DNA of 64,000 nt from Octopus vulgaris (taxonomy: Eukaryota), in contig OX597819.1 of assembly GCA_951406725.2 (NCBI GenBank), positions 13,640,001-13,704,000 on the forward strand, written 5' to 3'. The notes beneath the pieces are model-generated. The model ran no database searches. It was not told where the DNA came from and saw only the letters and a list, made by a program, of their open reading frames with translations. This document shows positions 42,827 through 56,572 of this stretch, piece after piece (position 1 is the first letter of the stretch; each line of letters starts with the position of its first letter). The position numbers were made by a program, and so were the translations under genes.

Positions 42827-43485
42827 AGGGGTTTTTCTTTTGAGCCAACTAGTTTCTTACCCTCTCCACTCATATTCAACCGATAGTTCCCACCCCGCAG
42901 TTGTCTTTTCTACTTCTCATCCGTACCGTATCGCAAAACCCGGTTTCCACGCTAAATACTTTTTGACCAATCATTCCTCTCCGAACTAAAATTCCCTTCC
43001 TGTTTACGTCATCTCTGCAGTCATCGACCTATTTATGTTCTAACGGAAACGGAACAGATCGCGGTTACTAAACTATGAGAACTAGCAGAAGAAATGGACG
43101 TTTCCAATCCCGCTTTCTCTGACCAACTCATAAAGAAAATATAGCAAAATATTTTGATTCCTTTCATAAGAAGCAAGACCTCATATTTGCGGTAGGTATG
43201 TGATTACATCGTCATCAGTATTTGACAACTAATTTTATTTTATCGACCACAGAGACATTAAAAGCAGTGTTGGCCTCAGGATGTAAATGGCAGTAAGTAA
43301 ATACTAAAAAAATATTTGTATCCGGCAGTCTAACCATTCAACCAATCAGAATGTTTTTCATCAAGAAATACTAATATCAAACAAATTATATTTAGATGAT
43401 GGGTTCTAACTTGTTGTTTATATCTTTTTTTACTGCACTCGAAAAACAACAACATTAAAAAAAAAACTTACAGAGTTCGATACCA

Positions 43486-43869
43486 TGGAAGCACTCCGTC
43501 GGTTACGACGACGAGGATTCCGGTTGATCCGAATCAACGGAACAGCCTGCTCGTGAAATTAACGTGTAAGTGACTGAGCACTCCACAGACACGTGTACCC
43601 TTAATGTAGTTCTCGGGGATATTCAGCGTGACACAGAGTGACAAGGCCGGCCCTTTTGAAATACAGGTACAACAGAAACAGGAAGTAAGAGTGAGAGAAA
43701 GTTGTGGTGAAAGAGTACAGCAGGGATCACCACCATCCCCTGCCGGAGCTTCGTGGAGCTTTAGGTGTTTTCGCTCAATAAACACTCGCAATGCCCGGTC
43801 TGGGAATCGAAACCGCGATCCTATGACGGCGAGTCCGCTGCCCTAACCACTGGGCCATTGCGCCTCCAC
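43486..43869 (-). mobile_element. SINE family B with TSD
   Basis: AGTTCGATACCATG on both sides. Confidence 0.92.
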
Positions 43870-44890
43870 AGTTCGATACCATGTCCTGCAGTTAAAGAAA
43901 ACAACGAATGACAGATGAACTTATTTAAAATTAGTTTTTTGAATTCGCTGTAAGTCAGTCAGTTAAAATATAGTAGCTATAACTAGCTTATACAGAGTGA
44001 CGTATAAAAAAAAGTCACTCGGGCTCCGTAGTATACTGTAAATACAGAAATAAATTCACGAGTGTTGGAACGGAAGTAGCATTAGCAATGCTATTTGGAA
44101 GCCATGTGCAGTAATTTACGCGTTTGTTCTTGTCATCCGCTTTTAATCGTCGAGGTCAGCTTTATCTTTCATCCTTTTAGGAGTGGGAGTCAATAAAATA
44201 AAATACCAGTCATGTAATGAGGTCGATGTAATCGACTAATATCCGCCTCTAAAAATGACTGGCCTTGTTCCTTAATTAGAAACAATATTAGTTCAGTGTT
44301 GTTAGTGTAGTGCCGTCGTTTAACTCCCACGCCAACAGATCCTAGAGACCAATAATTTAAAGCATTCCAGCTGTCTTTTCTATTTCATCTTTTTGAACAT
44401 AATGTGTCTAGGAATCCACTGATCAATGTGTCCTTTCATTTTTGGAATGATAGTGTGAAACGACGGATATCTGACTGCTATTTCACAGAGGCCTTTCCAT
44501 TGTTTCATTGGTGGAACATAAAATACAAGACAGCAGACACACCAAATAACTGCTGGACTGCTGGTGAGACGGAAAAACATATTATTGAAGTCTTTCTTGA
44601 CATATTTTCATTTAATAAAATCCTTAAAAATTAATATTTAATAATCGATTTCTAATCGATTGTTATTGAAATTGAATTAAATATGACATTCCGTTAAACG
44701 TCTTTGAGATAATCATTGTTAATTTGAAAGATCAAATGATATCGATACGCTTCGAATTTGATGACGATAAAGGGCATATGTGGTTTAGTCGATTGGACAC
44801 CTGAATAATGATAGTCTTAATAAATTGTATGGGACATCGAAGTTCCACCCACTCCTGCTATTTTTTTAACGTTTTGTGTACATATATATA

Positions 44891-44948
<58 letters not shown>

Positions 44949-45147
44949 TGTATGTATGTATGTGTATGTATGTATGATGTGTGGTGTATATCTATCTATC
45001 TTTCTCAGATAGATAGATAGACAGACAGATTGATAGATAGATAGATAGATAAATAAATAGATAGATACACACACACCTATATATGTATATACATACATAC
45101 ATACATACATACATACGTACGTATGTACGTACGTACACGCACACATA

Positions 45148-45297
45148 TTCTTTTATTCTTTTATTTGCTTCAGTCATTTGACTGTGGCCATGCTGGAGCA
45201 CTGCCAAATTGACCGCAGGGCTTATTCTTTGTAAGTTTTATTCTATCGGTCCTTTTTGCCGAACCGGGGACGTAAACACACCAACACCAACATCGGC
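45148..45297 (-). mobile_element. SINE A, 3' fragment
   Basis: Family match with deletions. Confidence 0.75.
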
Positions 45298-45334
45298 TGT
45301 ATGGGTGTATATTTAATTTACTTTGTATTTCATA

Positions 45335-45444
45335 ATCTCCGAAGAGGCCTTGGGATATTTTGTGTCTCATTTATAACTACATATTAACCTATCACACAGC
45401 AAAATGAGACACCCATATCTGCATGGCCGAAACAGCTGTAAGAT
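45335..45444 (+). ncRNA. Type-I hammerhead motif with long stem II
   Basis: atct CcGAAGA ggcc...gtgtctcattt/aaatgagacac...ggcc GAAA cagctGTA agat. Confidence 0.6.
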
Positions 45445-45655
45445 GTGGTTTATATTTATATTTATTTTTATTTTTATTTATATTCTCTTATACATATTGT
45501 ACTTATTGTATCATATTACTCCTTCATGTATACTGTTTTGTTCTATATTATTATGTTTGACCTTAATGTTCATATGTAGTGGTTTAATAAATTATGTGAT
45601 TGGGTATTATCTGGTATTTGATAATTGATTTGGATGTATTTCTCCATTTTCTTAT

Positions 45656-45752
<97 letters not shown>

Positions 45753-46467
45753 ATTTAAGTAGGTGAATATGTATGTATATATATATATATACATACATAT
45801 ATATATATATTTATGTATATATGTGTATGTACACACAGACAGATACGTGCACGCGCACACACACACGATTTTTTAATATATATATACTTCGTAACGTGAA
45901 TCTAGTTTAGCCCTCTTAATTTGAGGCCATCCACCACATTACAAACAAGTCCGGTAGGTTTGCGTTCTGAATCCATGATCCGGCATCAATCTTGTCTCTT
46001 CATTTTCTTCCTCTGGGATCGATAAAACAAATAAACGAAGTCTGCTGACAAAAGTGAAACAGTATCGATCTTGTGATAAGAGTGCTGTCTACTAAGCGAC
46101 CTGTCATCGAATGATATTTATTGCAGCCTGTGACCAGAGGCCTTGGACAATTGCCCACTAGGTTAGCAACAGCAATAATAACAACAAGGACAACGATGAC
46201 GATGACACCACCAACAACAACAACAACATCGATGACAGATGGCCAACAAGTAATGATCTATAGGGTAGCGTAATTTGCTGAAAATAACAGCCAAATACCC
46301 TAAATTTGCATCTTACAAAGATGTCAAAGATGGGAGGCATTGGAACTTGTAGTCGAGTCATCCTTTAGGGATGGTCACAGCTGGAACGCCTTTGATCGCA
46401 AGTTTGCTTAATTATAGCAACAGGAGTTAAACTACAAACGACAACTACAATACCACCATCACAACCA

Positions 46468-46498
<31 letters not shown>

Positions 46499-46499
46499 A

Positions 46500-46572
<73 letters not shown>

Positions 46573-47454
46573 TAGCTGCTGCTGTTACTACTACTGCTAT
46601 TAATACTGACAGTGAAAAGAACGCTAAAGTCTTCAATCATAACATTCTTGACCTCCCCCGAACGTCTGTTATGTTTTGGTATCGAAAATTATTTTCTCGT
46701 TTTCTTCCCGGCCCAGAAGGTATTAATCTCCTCTGAAAACTTGATTGAAAACGTTTATAAATATCTGTCTATTGATCCAAGCGATTAACCACATGTTGAC
46801 ATAGTTTCTAAAATTGGATTCCATCTTCTAAAATGTCACCGATGCTTAGAAACCGAACTTGCTGTTGTTACAGAAGACGATGAATTAGTCTTTACGTGTG
46901 TATGAGATTATTTCTAGAATTTAATTAGCCACGCTCATCATCTTGATTGCATTCATTCTAAGCTGACCAACTGAATGAAAGTCACCAGGGGTCGTTGAAT
47001 TCAACGGGATGGGGTGAAGGCTGACGAACTAAGTATGATCGAAGCCTGTTGTCTCATGTTCGGTAAAGTAACTAAAAATATCTATTTCTTCTACGTAAAG
47101 TATCTTTCTAACGTAACACTTTTAGTCTGTTTAATTTCAATTTCTTGCGGATGCTCTGCAACGTACCACCACTGATGCTTCTGGGGTCTTAAGTATTTTC
47201 GGGTCCCTCACCATCAGATCTTCTCACCTAGTTGACCCAGCTAAGTTGATAAAGTTCCAGCTTGCACCTACATTTCAATAAGAGCAAATCATGAGGCGGC
47301 ACGTCAAGTGGCATTCTCTACAGCTTTGATGATAAAATGAATGGCCTCCGCTCTATGCCGCACCAATAATTTTCAACTCAGATCCTTACCTATCCAACAA
47401 AAACCCCGGCACTCTTACAGATCCAACAAAAACCCCGGCACCCTACTTCAGTTA

Positions 47455-47820
47455 CCTTCCTCATCCATTTCAATGGACGTGGACATAAATGCCACTGGGT
47501 ATTTTCTCTCTGGGTAATGTTTTTTCTTTTAAGGAATTACAAAATGGTGGCAGTTTTGGTTCATCAGCGCAGCAAGTTACTGCAACTCTTTACTCTCTCT
47601 TTTACTCTTTTACTTGTTTCAGTCATTTGACTGCGGCCATGCTGGAGCACCACCTTTAATCGAGCAACTCAACCCCGGGACTTATTCTTTGTAAGCCCAG
47701 TACTTATTCTATCGGTCTCTTTTGCCGAACCGTTAAGTGACGGGGACGTAAACACACCAGCATCGGTTGTCAAGCAATGCTAGGGGGACAAACACATACA
47801 CACAAACATATATATATATA

Positions 47821-47906
<86 letters not shown>

Positions 47907-48575
47907 TACGACGGGCTTCTTTCAGTTTCCGTCTACCAAATCCACTCACAAGGCTTTGGTCGGCCCAAGGTGCCACGCAGTGGGACTGAACCCGGAACCA
48001 TGTGGTTGGTAAACAAGCTACTTACCACACAGCCACTCCTGCGTGTAATATGCTTTCAGATGGCCGCATGTTTTAACAGTCATAGATTTAGCACCTTTGG
48101 ATTCTACCGTTTTGATTGATGCCATATCAAATATCAAAGGAACTTTGTCCGTATTTGCTATCTGTGAAAGATCAATATTAATTTTTGTTTTCTTATTTTA
48201 GTCATATATCCTATAAAACTTTATGATTTTATCTTCGTATTCAAGAGGCATTTTTTTCTTGTGTTTTTCTTGTAGATCTTGGTCTATTTCTATAATTCTT
48301 GAATGGTTCATAATCCCTAAATAGACACTCAGTGAACTTCTGGTCTAATAATGTTTTTAATCATCCTTCCGATTCAGGCCACTTTACAACTCCCCTCCAG
48401 AGACAATGTTTGCAACATATACCAGCTTTCAGCGGCCGCTCTTGTTTCCTTCAAGTCGCTACCATTTTCTTAGTTAATGGTGAACCAAAATACCGAACAG
48501 CTGCCTTATAACCGTGTTTCTTTGCGTATTCTACGACATTAAGCTTAAATGTTTTAGCAGTGCTTTCTTTGAGCT
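47455..48575 (-). pseudogene. pogo (POGK-like) transposase remnant interrupted by SINE A
   Basis: Brinker-type FKLNVVEYAKKHGYKAAVRYFG; IANTDKVPLIFDM..TVESKGAK..KTCGH..YT|VAVTCCADEPKLPP..IPSGIYVHVH. Confidence 0.8.
47586..48042 (-). mobile_element. SINE family A
   Basis: Family match. Confidence 0.92.
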
Positions 48576-48743
48576 CTTGTGAAGTTTATCTTGAATAAAC
48601 AACGTTTTGGGAGTATCACATCTTAATTTTATCGTCTTTCAGATCAACTGTTTGGTTGCTTATATTTTGGCCAAACTGGTATTGCTGGATGTAATGCTTT
48701 GTGTTACCAAGATCGGGCACCAGGGTGGGGAACCATCGCTATA

Positions 48744-48977
48744 TATTTCTTTACTACCCACAAGGGGCTAAACACAGAGGAGACAAACAAGGACAGAAGA
48801 CAGGCGGATTAAGTCGATTATATCGACCCCAGTGCGTAACTGGTACTTAATTTATCGACCCCGAAAGGATGAAAGGCAAAGTCGACCTTGGCGGAATTTG
48901 AACTCAGAACGTAACGGCAGACGAAATACGGCTACGCATTTCGCCCGGCGTGCTAACATTTCTGCCAACTCGCCGCC
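48744..48977 (-). mobile_element. SINE family C, full length, 10-bp TSD
   Basis: TSD CATCGCTATA at 48734-48743 and 48978-48987. Confidence 0.9.
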
Positions 48978-50977
48978 CATCGCTATAGTTTTGTTGTCAA
49001 CCACTCCGAGCGAATGACTGCTAGGCGTATTTTTCATTAAGATAACAAATATTTATTAAAGGTAATAAATTCATTAAATAAACTAAGGTATGTACGTTGG
49101 GAAAAGTGGCACAGTGAGATGAGGTGTACTCTACACGTTACTGTCGACATACCGTAAGCAATTTCTTTCAAGTTTGTGTTAAAAGACTAATAGTTTGATA
49201 CGTATTCAATATTTTATTATTTGAATAAAATGTATATACCTAACGGACTCACGCTCTTTCGGTACTCTCTAACCTTTAGTACTCGGTTTCCCATCCGTAA
49301 TACGGCTGCATTAGACGTTTTGATACATTTAAGAACAAAATAAAACAAAAAAGGCAACAAAACAGAAAAAAGCGTTTTTTTATACAACAGCAAAACCGGA
49401 AGGTTTTAATATAAGAGAGATTTGGTTACTGTTTATTTAAAAGTAACTACGCGGTGGCTGCCTCGTGATGTAGACAACTATTGCTCATAACTGTATCATG
49501 GCCTTGGACACAGTCCAGCGCTGGTGATACAAGTTAGCGATTCTCCGTCTAGCACAATAAATCGATCAGCGGCAGAAATCAATGAAGCTAAACAGAACTG
49601 AACTTAAAATACTATATCTTCCATAAGTTTTTTAAAATACACATGTTAATATATGTTAATATATGTTAATTTATGTACATTTTGTACATTAGTAACAAGG
49701 CTGCTAATTTACAAATGGACGAATTATGCAGTGATACCCATGCTTCTTCAATGTTGACATGCATATTTATTTTTTTATTCGTCTGAAAGAAGTTGTTCTC
49801 CAACGATAGAATGCCACAGCGATTAGCAGATTCGCTTTCAAATCTGCGGGAATGTATTAAGAACGAATATGGATGTAGCTTCTAGCTGCCCTCTCTGCAC
49901 ACTGTGATTATTATTGCAGCTATCAGCAAATAATTTATTGTCTAAATTCTATAAACAAGAGCCACAGTTCTTGTTAGATTCATTGGTTCAAGAGTAGCTT
50001 TGACTGAGGAGTCACAATAAGGTCGGAATAGCCCGATGTCACAAAGTCCTCTAACCTCTACGAATTGAGTGTGTTCTGAACACATATCGTCTGGAAGAAG
50101 TTATTCTCTGGATATGAAATACAACAACGATTAGTATTTTCACGTTCGAATCCGCCTGAGCATATCAGAATGTAATATGGATGCAATCGTTTCGATTCTC
50201 GTTGTTCTCCGTGCACATGAAAGCTTTTTTTATAATATAGCTTCAGCCGGGAATCGAACCTGATTCACATGGATTTCACGGATGTTCTCCAAATCGTTAA
50301 ATAAAACGAGCAGAAAATAAATTTCTAATATGAATTAGTTTGTCTGTGTGCGTGTGGGTGTAGTGTATACATGTCTGTGTACGTAAGTACATGCTTATAT
50401 GCGTGAGAGTGGGTGGTATAAGTAATTTTTAATTACTCAGTCGGGGGGCCAGCACGCACGAGACCATTTTCTGAGATTGTCAGGAGGAAAGGTAGATGTG
50501 TATAAGGAAGGGTTCGTTGTCCCAGATGTAAAAACTATAATCATGTAGGAACACGTACAAGAAACAGCTAATTAACACTGGAAAAGCCTTGTGGCTGGCC
50601 GTTGTTCGTTGATCAGATCGGAAAGAAAAACCTTCGCGTAAGTTGATAACTTCATCCGATAACGAAACAATAATTAAGAACAACAAACAATAAGAGATAA
50701 ATCATTATTGTTTGGGGAATGGGGGGTAATCAGGGTTTCCAAGAAATAAGTATAATTAAGAAATTGTTCCAGCATGGCCGCATAGAACTAGAGCGTGTTA
50801 TCGTTAATGCTGTTGTTGTTGTTATTATAGTTGTTTAATCTCAGGTTAGCAATGATCGAATAGTCCTATACATAAAAGCACTCCAACCGTGACCACCATT
50901 CTTTTTCGTTCACTTTTTAAGACTTATAATATGCAATGTGTCCTTCACTTTTTTTTTTTAAACAAAGTGGAGTAATT

Positions 50978-51037
50978 GGGCCGACCAATGCCTTGTGAGT
51001 GGATTTGGTAGACGGAAACTGAAAGAAGCCTGTCGTA

Positions 51038-51076
<39 letters not shown>

Positions 51077-51295
51077 GTGTGTGTTTGTGTGTCTGTGTTT
51101 GTCGCCCTAGCATTGCTTGACAAACGATGCTGGTGTGTTTACGTCCCCGTCACTTAGCGGTTCGGCAGAAGAGACCGATAGAATAAGTACTGGGCTTACA
51201 AAGAATAAGTCCCGAGGTCGATTTGCCCGACTAAAGGCGGTGCTCCAGCATGGCCGCAGTCAAATGACTGAAACAAGTAAAAGAGTAAAAGAGTA
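50978..51295 (+). mobile_element. SINE A, 5'-truncated
   Basis: Family match. Confidence 0.9.
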
Positions 51296-52074
51296 ATTTG
51301 AAAGAGATTTGGTTCCTATGTCGAGCAGGACAAGCCATGTTTATTGTCGGTTGTCCTGACCTCATTACTTCACAGGCGTTTCTGTTGTTTATTTCTTTCT
51401 CAACCTCAGGAAAATGAAAGGCAAAGTTGACTCTGGTGGTATTCGATTGTAGAAAAATAAGCGTAAATACACTGAGTCAGCTCACAGCATCTACTGACCA
51501 GATTGTGGGATGCGTGTATTTCGGAGTGGTTATCTCCTCTTCAGTAACAGAAACCGAAAATGTAGGCACTGTGAACTGACATGAGATACACGTTCCTCTT
51601 ATGATATTTCTGTCATCGTTCAACGGCTGAATTCAGTGGTTCTCCGTAATTAAAATACGAGGCGACAATATTAAGTAGTGTTGTGTTTGAATACAAACCT
51701 GTTACCAGGTCAAATATGCTTGAGGCATATGCAAACCCGTTAGAAAGCTATTCACAGTATTTTGTTATGGAGAAAATTTCTCCTTGTAGACAAATGAAAG
51801 TAAATACACCAAATCATTTCTTGAACTGGTAACAAGTTTGTTATTGTCCAAAAGAATTATTACAATTTCACGCTTTTAACGACGATACTGTTCACTTTTG
51901 GTGGCGCCAGCAGCGAAAGGTTGTTGGGAATAGTGAGCGAACGTTGAAGACAGTGACGAAAACAAAAGACATACGTTTCAGGTATGAACATAAATATTTT
52001 CATAGTCATTGGCTTATTCATTTTTACCTTAGATCTTTAAATCGGACAGTATTTTTGCACCAACCTGATATATA

Positions 52075-52491
52075 TAGGCGCAGGAGTGGCTGTGTGGTAA
52101 GTAGCTTGCTAACCAACCACATGGTTCCGGGTTCAGTCCCACTGCGTGGCATCTTGGGAAAGTGTCTTCTGTTGTAGCCTCGGGCCGACCAATGCCTTGT
52201 GAGTGGATTTGGTAGACGGAAACTGACAGAAGCCCGTCGTATATATGTATATATATACATATATGTGTGTGTATGTTTGTGTGCCTGTGTTTGTCCCCCT
52301 AGCATTGCTTGACAACCGATGCTGATGTGTTTATGTCCCCGTCACTTAGCGGTTCGGCAAAAGGGACCGATAGAATAAGTACTGGGCTTAAAAAGAATAA
52401 GTCCCGGGGTCGATTTGCTCGATTAAAGGCGGTGCTCCAGCATGGCCGCAGTCAAATGACTGAAACAAGTAAAAGAGTAAAAGAGTAGAGT
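52075..52491 (+). mobile_element. SINE A, full length
   Basis: Family match. Confidence 0.92.
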
Positions 52492-52636
52492 ATATAATAG
52501 TGCCCACTGAATTGTGACGTAATCCGGGTTATACATTCATATTTACACTTATTAATGTAGTAATATGCCATGGTAATGAATGTTTCGGCTAGTTTTCAAG
52601 AAAAGAACTGACCAGCTTATCCACACTTTACAAATA

Positions 52637-53160
52637 CCGTAAATCCTTGAGTATAATCCGCACTTTTCCCCAAAATTTAAAGGTCAAAATCTCCCAAGTG
52701 CGTACTATATACAAGGTTAAAAATAAACAATATTTTCTAAGCAATGTCCGAGTCTCTATTTGCTGTCCGGCAATGTTAATTCAGACGCATTTTGTGATGT
52801 CGGGCGAAAAAATACTTTTAAGCTAAGCCTGAAAGCAATGAAGTCATAAAAGAATCATCCATAACTTGCAGTAAGCAACATTTATTAAAACAAAAGTATT
52901 CAGAATAGAGAATAATATGTAACAAAAACAATTTGCAAACGTATTTACATTCCCATATAACAGTTAAGAACATCACCATTATTGTATTACGCATGCGCGG
53001 AAGTGTTTGTTCGACTAGGTGCTGCTGGCTTAATTACGCACGACTCAAGTTAAAAAAGGAGTGCGTATTATACACAAGGTTTTGGTTTTTCAGAAGTACA
53101 GCCCCCTAAAAATCCTCTGCGCATTATACTCAAGGGCGGACTATACTCGAGGATTTACGG
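52637..53160. mobile_element. Tc1/mariner-superfamily MITE (pogo/Tc2-like TIRs)
   Basis: TA|CCGTAAATCCTTGAGTATAATCCGC ... GCGGACTATACTCGAGGATTTACGG|TA. Confidence 0.85.
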
Positions 53161-53448
53161 TACTAATAATTCAGAAGAACAGTAAAAATATACGAGTCTT
53201 TTCTAAAGTTTGGTATTTAACGATACGTATTTCACTTGGTTCTTTATTTTACAAATGTTTGGGATTTTTTGGCTTTTTCTTTCTTTTTTTTGAGAATTCA
53301 ATCATTATAAATGAAGGATAGCATAAATACACATGTTCGTACACATTGCTTACAAGCATGGATATATACATGCAAGCAAATTGCATAAAAAATATGGACG
53401 AATATAGTTACATATGCAAGGATACATTGATATACATAAACATATATG

Positions 53449-53896
53449 CATACAAGCATGCAAACATACAAGCATGCAAACATACAAGCATGCAAACATA
53501 CAAGCATGCAATCATACAAGCATGCAAACATACAAGCATGCAATCATACAAGCATGCAAACATACAAGCATGCAAACATACAAGCATGCAAACATACAAG
53601 CATGCAATCATACAAGCATGCAAACATACAAGCATGCAAACATACAAGCATGCAAACATACAAGCATGCAATCATACAAGCATGCAAACATACAAGCATG
53701 CAATCATACAAGCATGCAAACATACAAGCATGCAATCATACAAGCATGCAAACATACAAGCATGCAAACATACAAGCATGCAAACATACAAGCATGCAAA
53801 CATACAAGCATGCAAACATACAAGCATGCAAACATACAAGCATGCAAACATACAAGCATGCAAACATACAAGCATGCAATCATACAAGCATGCAAA
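53449..53896. repeat. 16-bp minisatellite x28
   Basis: Unit CATACAAGCATGCAA(A/T). Confidence 0.97.
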
Positions 53897-53922
53897 CATA
53901 CATACATACATACATACATACA

Positions 53923-54491
53923 TGGTGGCTGCCATCTCGTTATCGAGTATGGCCATTGCACGAAGCTTAATCAATGTTGTTATCGTGCAATGCCTGTGCA
54001 AGAAGATTTTTTTTAAAGTGAGGAAAGGCTGTGCACTGAGTCAACCCCACTCACTAAGCAACAGCAGCCATAATCCGAAAAGAAGAACAAGTCAACATCA
54101 TCGGTAACCACTGAGCCGCAAATTTTATGTGTTTTATCCGGAGTTACGTCGGAGTTACCAGTTACCTGAGTTACCTTCTCCTAGAAGGATGCCCTAACAA
54201 AGACTAGGAGTCCTTCACTCCCAATGGTTTAACCGCGCGATCGGGTATTCAGTCCGATTATTTCTATGTCCCCGCGCATGATACAGCCTTAAGACGTTTA
54301 TTGGATGGCCATTGACTCACAAGAGTTCCTCCGCCCTTTGACGGGTTTTGTTTTTCATCCCGCAGGGTGTCCAATAAACACCCTCCTCACCAAGCAAGCT
54401 TGGTGGCGTTGCCGGTTTAGTTGCTGACGACCCGACCATGCAACAGGTTGTACTGGGTTACATGTTACCAGTAGCACTCGAAAGTGACCTG

Positions 54492-54493
<2 letters not shown>
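53923..54493 (-). mobile_element. Probable RTE 5'-UTR-derived non-autonomous element
   Basis: GC-richer block inside (CATA)n. The minus strand has TGGTGAGGAGGGTG..AAAACCCGTCAAAGGGCGGA and GGCATCCTTCTAGGAGAAGGTAACTC, resembling RTE 5' UTR motifs from memory. Confidence 0.4.
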
Positions 54494-54526
<33 letters not shown>

Positions 54527-54793
54527 CATACATAGATATACATACATACATGCAAACATACATACATACATACATACATACATACATACATGCAAACATA
54601 CATACATACATACATACATACATACATACGTATACATATACATACATACATACATATATATATACATACATAGATATACATACATAATACATACATACAT
54701 ACACATATACATACATATATACATACATACATACATACATACATACATACATACATACACATATATACATACATAGATATACATATACATACA

Positions 54794-54825
<32 letters not shown>

Positions 54826-55151
54826 CATATTCATACATACATACATATACATATACATACATACATACATAAATGCATACATACATACATATATGTATGT
54901 ATATGCATACACATGTATACATACATATATATATATGTATATACACATATATGTATATACATACATATATACACACACACATATATATATATATATATAC
55001 ATATATAGAGAGACACACACACACACACACACACACACGTACCTGTATTGCATCCTTTGTTGTCTTAATTACTGCCTTGTTAGATCCTGTTGCAACATGT
55101 TATTACTTGTCACATACAAGACTCTTTCTTCTCCCCCCGTTTTCACTTCCT

Positions 55152-55182
<31 letters not shown>

Positions 55183-55928
55183 GTTGTCTCTCTTTACTTC
55201 GGGATGATGGCGGGGTCGGGTGGCCTGACGAATTGGACAAGAGAGAGAGAGAGAGAGAGCAACATGTGTGTAAATGTGAGAAAGAGAGTGATGAGCTTAT
55301 GTAGTCGGAGGGAGGGAGGGAGGGATAGTAAGAGGATGGCGATGGCAGATGACAGAAAAGGGATATTTGCTACAACAACAACAACAACAACAACAACAAC
55401 TAATGTAACAGCAACAACCACGACAATAACAAAAATAATAAGTACAACAACATCAATAAATACAACCACAACGACTGCAATAAGACAACTTGTGGATGAA
55501 GGAAATGAAAATGAAATGCAACTTCTAATTTACTTAAGGTGATGGGTATGTAGGTAGCTGAAAGGTTGGGTGGAAGGTGGTTTGGTTTGGGAGTGGGGTA
55601 GAGGAAGTGGTTGCTAGGGTGGGGTGGTCACTGGAGGGTTGTCGGGCAATATGGGGGACGAGTTCTGCAAGATTAGTTCCAACAACTCGTCGTTGTATTT
55701 TACTAGCTGAATTTTACCCTTCAACCCTATCCCCCCCCAACATCCATACTTATCCCCACCCCACCTCGTACACACACATATTCAAACATGCGTGCGCACG
55801 CACACACGTACACAGTCAACAACAGACCCACTACGAGGTCCGATCGATCCACTAGAAACAGGGCCCGAATAAAACCCATAGAGGCCGTAAGCATTTAAAA
55901 GATTTTGGTACCACCATATTGGTAATTC

Positions 55929-56240
55929 GTGGAGGCGCAATGGCCCAGTGGTAAGGGCAGCGGACTCGCGGTCGAAGGATCGCGGTTTCGATTCCCAGAC
56001 CGGGCGTTGTGTGTGTTTATTGAACGAAAACACTTAAAAGCTCCACAAGGCTAAGGCAGGGGGTGGTGCTGACCCTTGTTGTACTCTTTCGCCACAACTT
56101 TCTCTCACTCTCTCTCTCTCTTCCTGTTTCTTGAGTAACGCTGCGATGGACTGGCGTCAGGTCCAACTTGGGGGAACACATACGCCACAGAAACCGGGAA
56201 ACAGGGCCCATGAGCCTGGCTAGGCTGGAAAAGGGCGACG
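55929..56240 (+). mobile_element. SINE B head and body with a different 3' tail
   Basis: Matches family B to ~56130, then GCTGCGATGGACTGGCGTC..CAGAAACCGGGAAAC; imperfect TSD TAT(T/A)GGTAATT. Confidence 0.85.
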
Positions 56241-56315
56241 TATATAGGTAATTTAAGATATAAACAATTAAAAAATCTTTATTTTCTCAATATGAAACAA
56301 AACTAAGAGTTCTAT

Positions 56316-56359
56316 ACACCTGAAGACGGCTGGAGGGTATATCAGCCGAAACGTTGTGT
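56316..56359 (+). ncRNA. Minimal type-I hammerhead ribozyme (intact core)
   Basis: acac CTGAAGA c ggctg-gagggtatat-cagcc GAAA cGTT gtgt; stem III is the palindrome AACGTT. Confidence 0.75.
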
Positions 56360-56572
56360 TAACAACAAACAAAATGAGAACAAATATCCGTCAAATATAA
56401 ATAATGTAAATAATGGAAAATAATGTTTATTTTTGTATACTTCCACTTTATTTATATTTGAAGTTTTCTACTTTTTTAAATTGCAAAGTCTTTGATCAGA
56501 TCCTTACTATGACACCACGAACGCTTCGAGATTATTTCCCGTCATATAACCACTTCGAACATTATTTTAGTT

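Noticed and set aside
46640-47390. Possible very old CR1/Jockey LINE relic
   Set aside because: Too degraded for me to read diagnostic motifs.
50240-50311. tRNA-like GGTTCGATTCCCGGC on the minus strand
   Set aside because: Only the T-arm is recognisable; at most a decayed tRNA or SINE head.
55929-56000. tRNA genes at SINE heads
   Set aside because: A and B boxes are present but run directly into SINE bodies, and no complete cloverleaf was seen.
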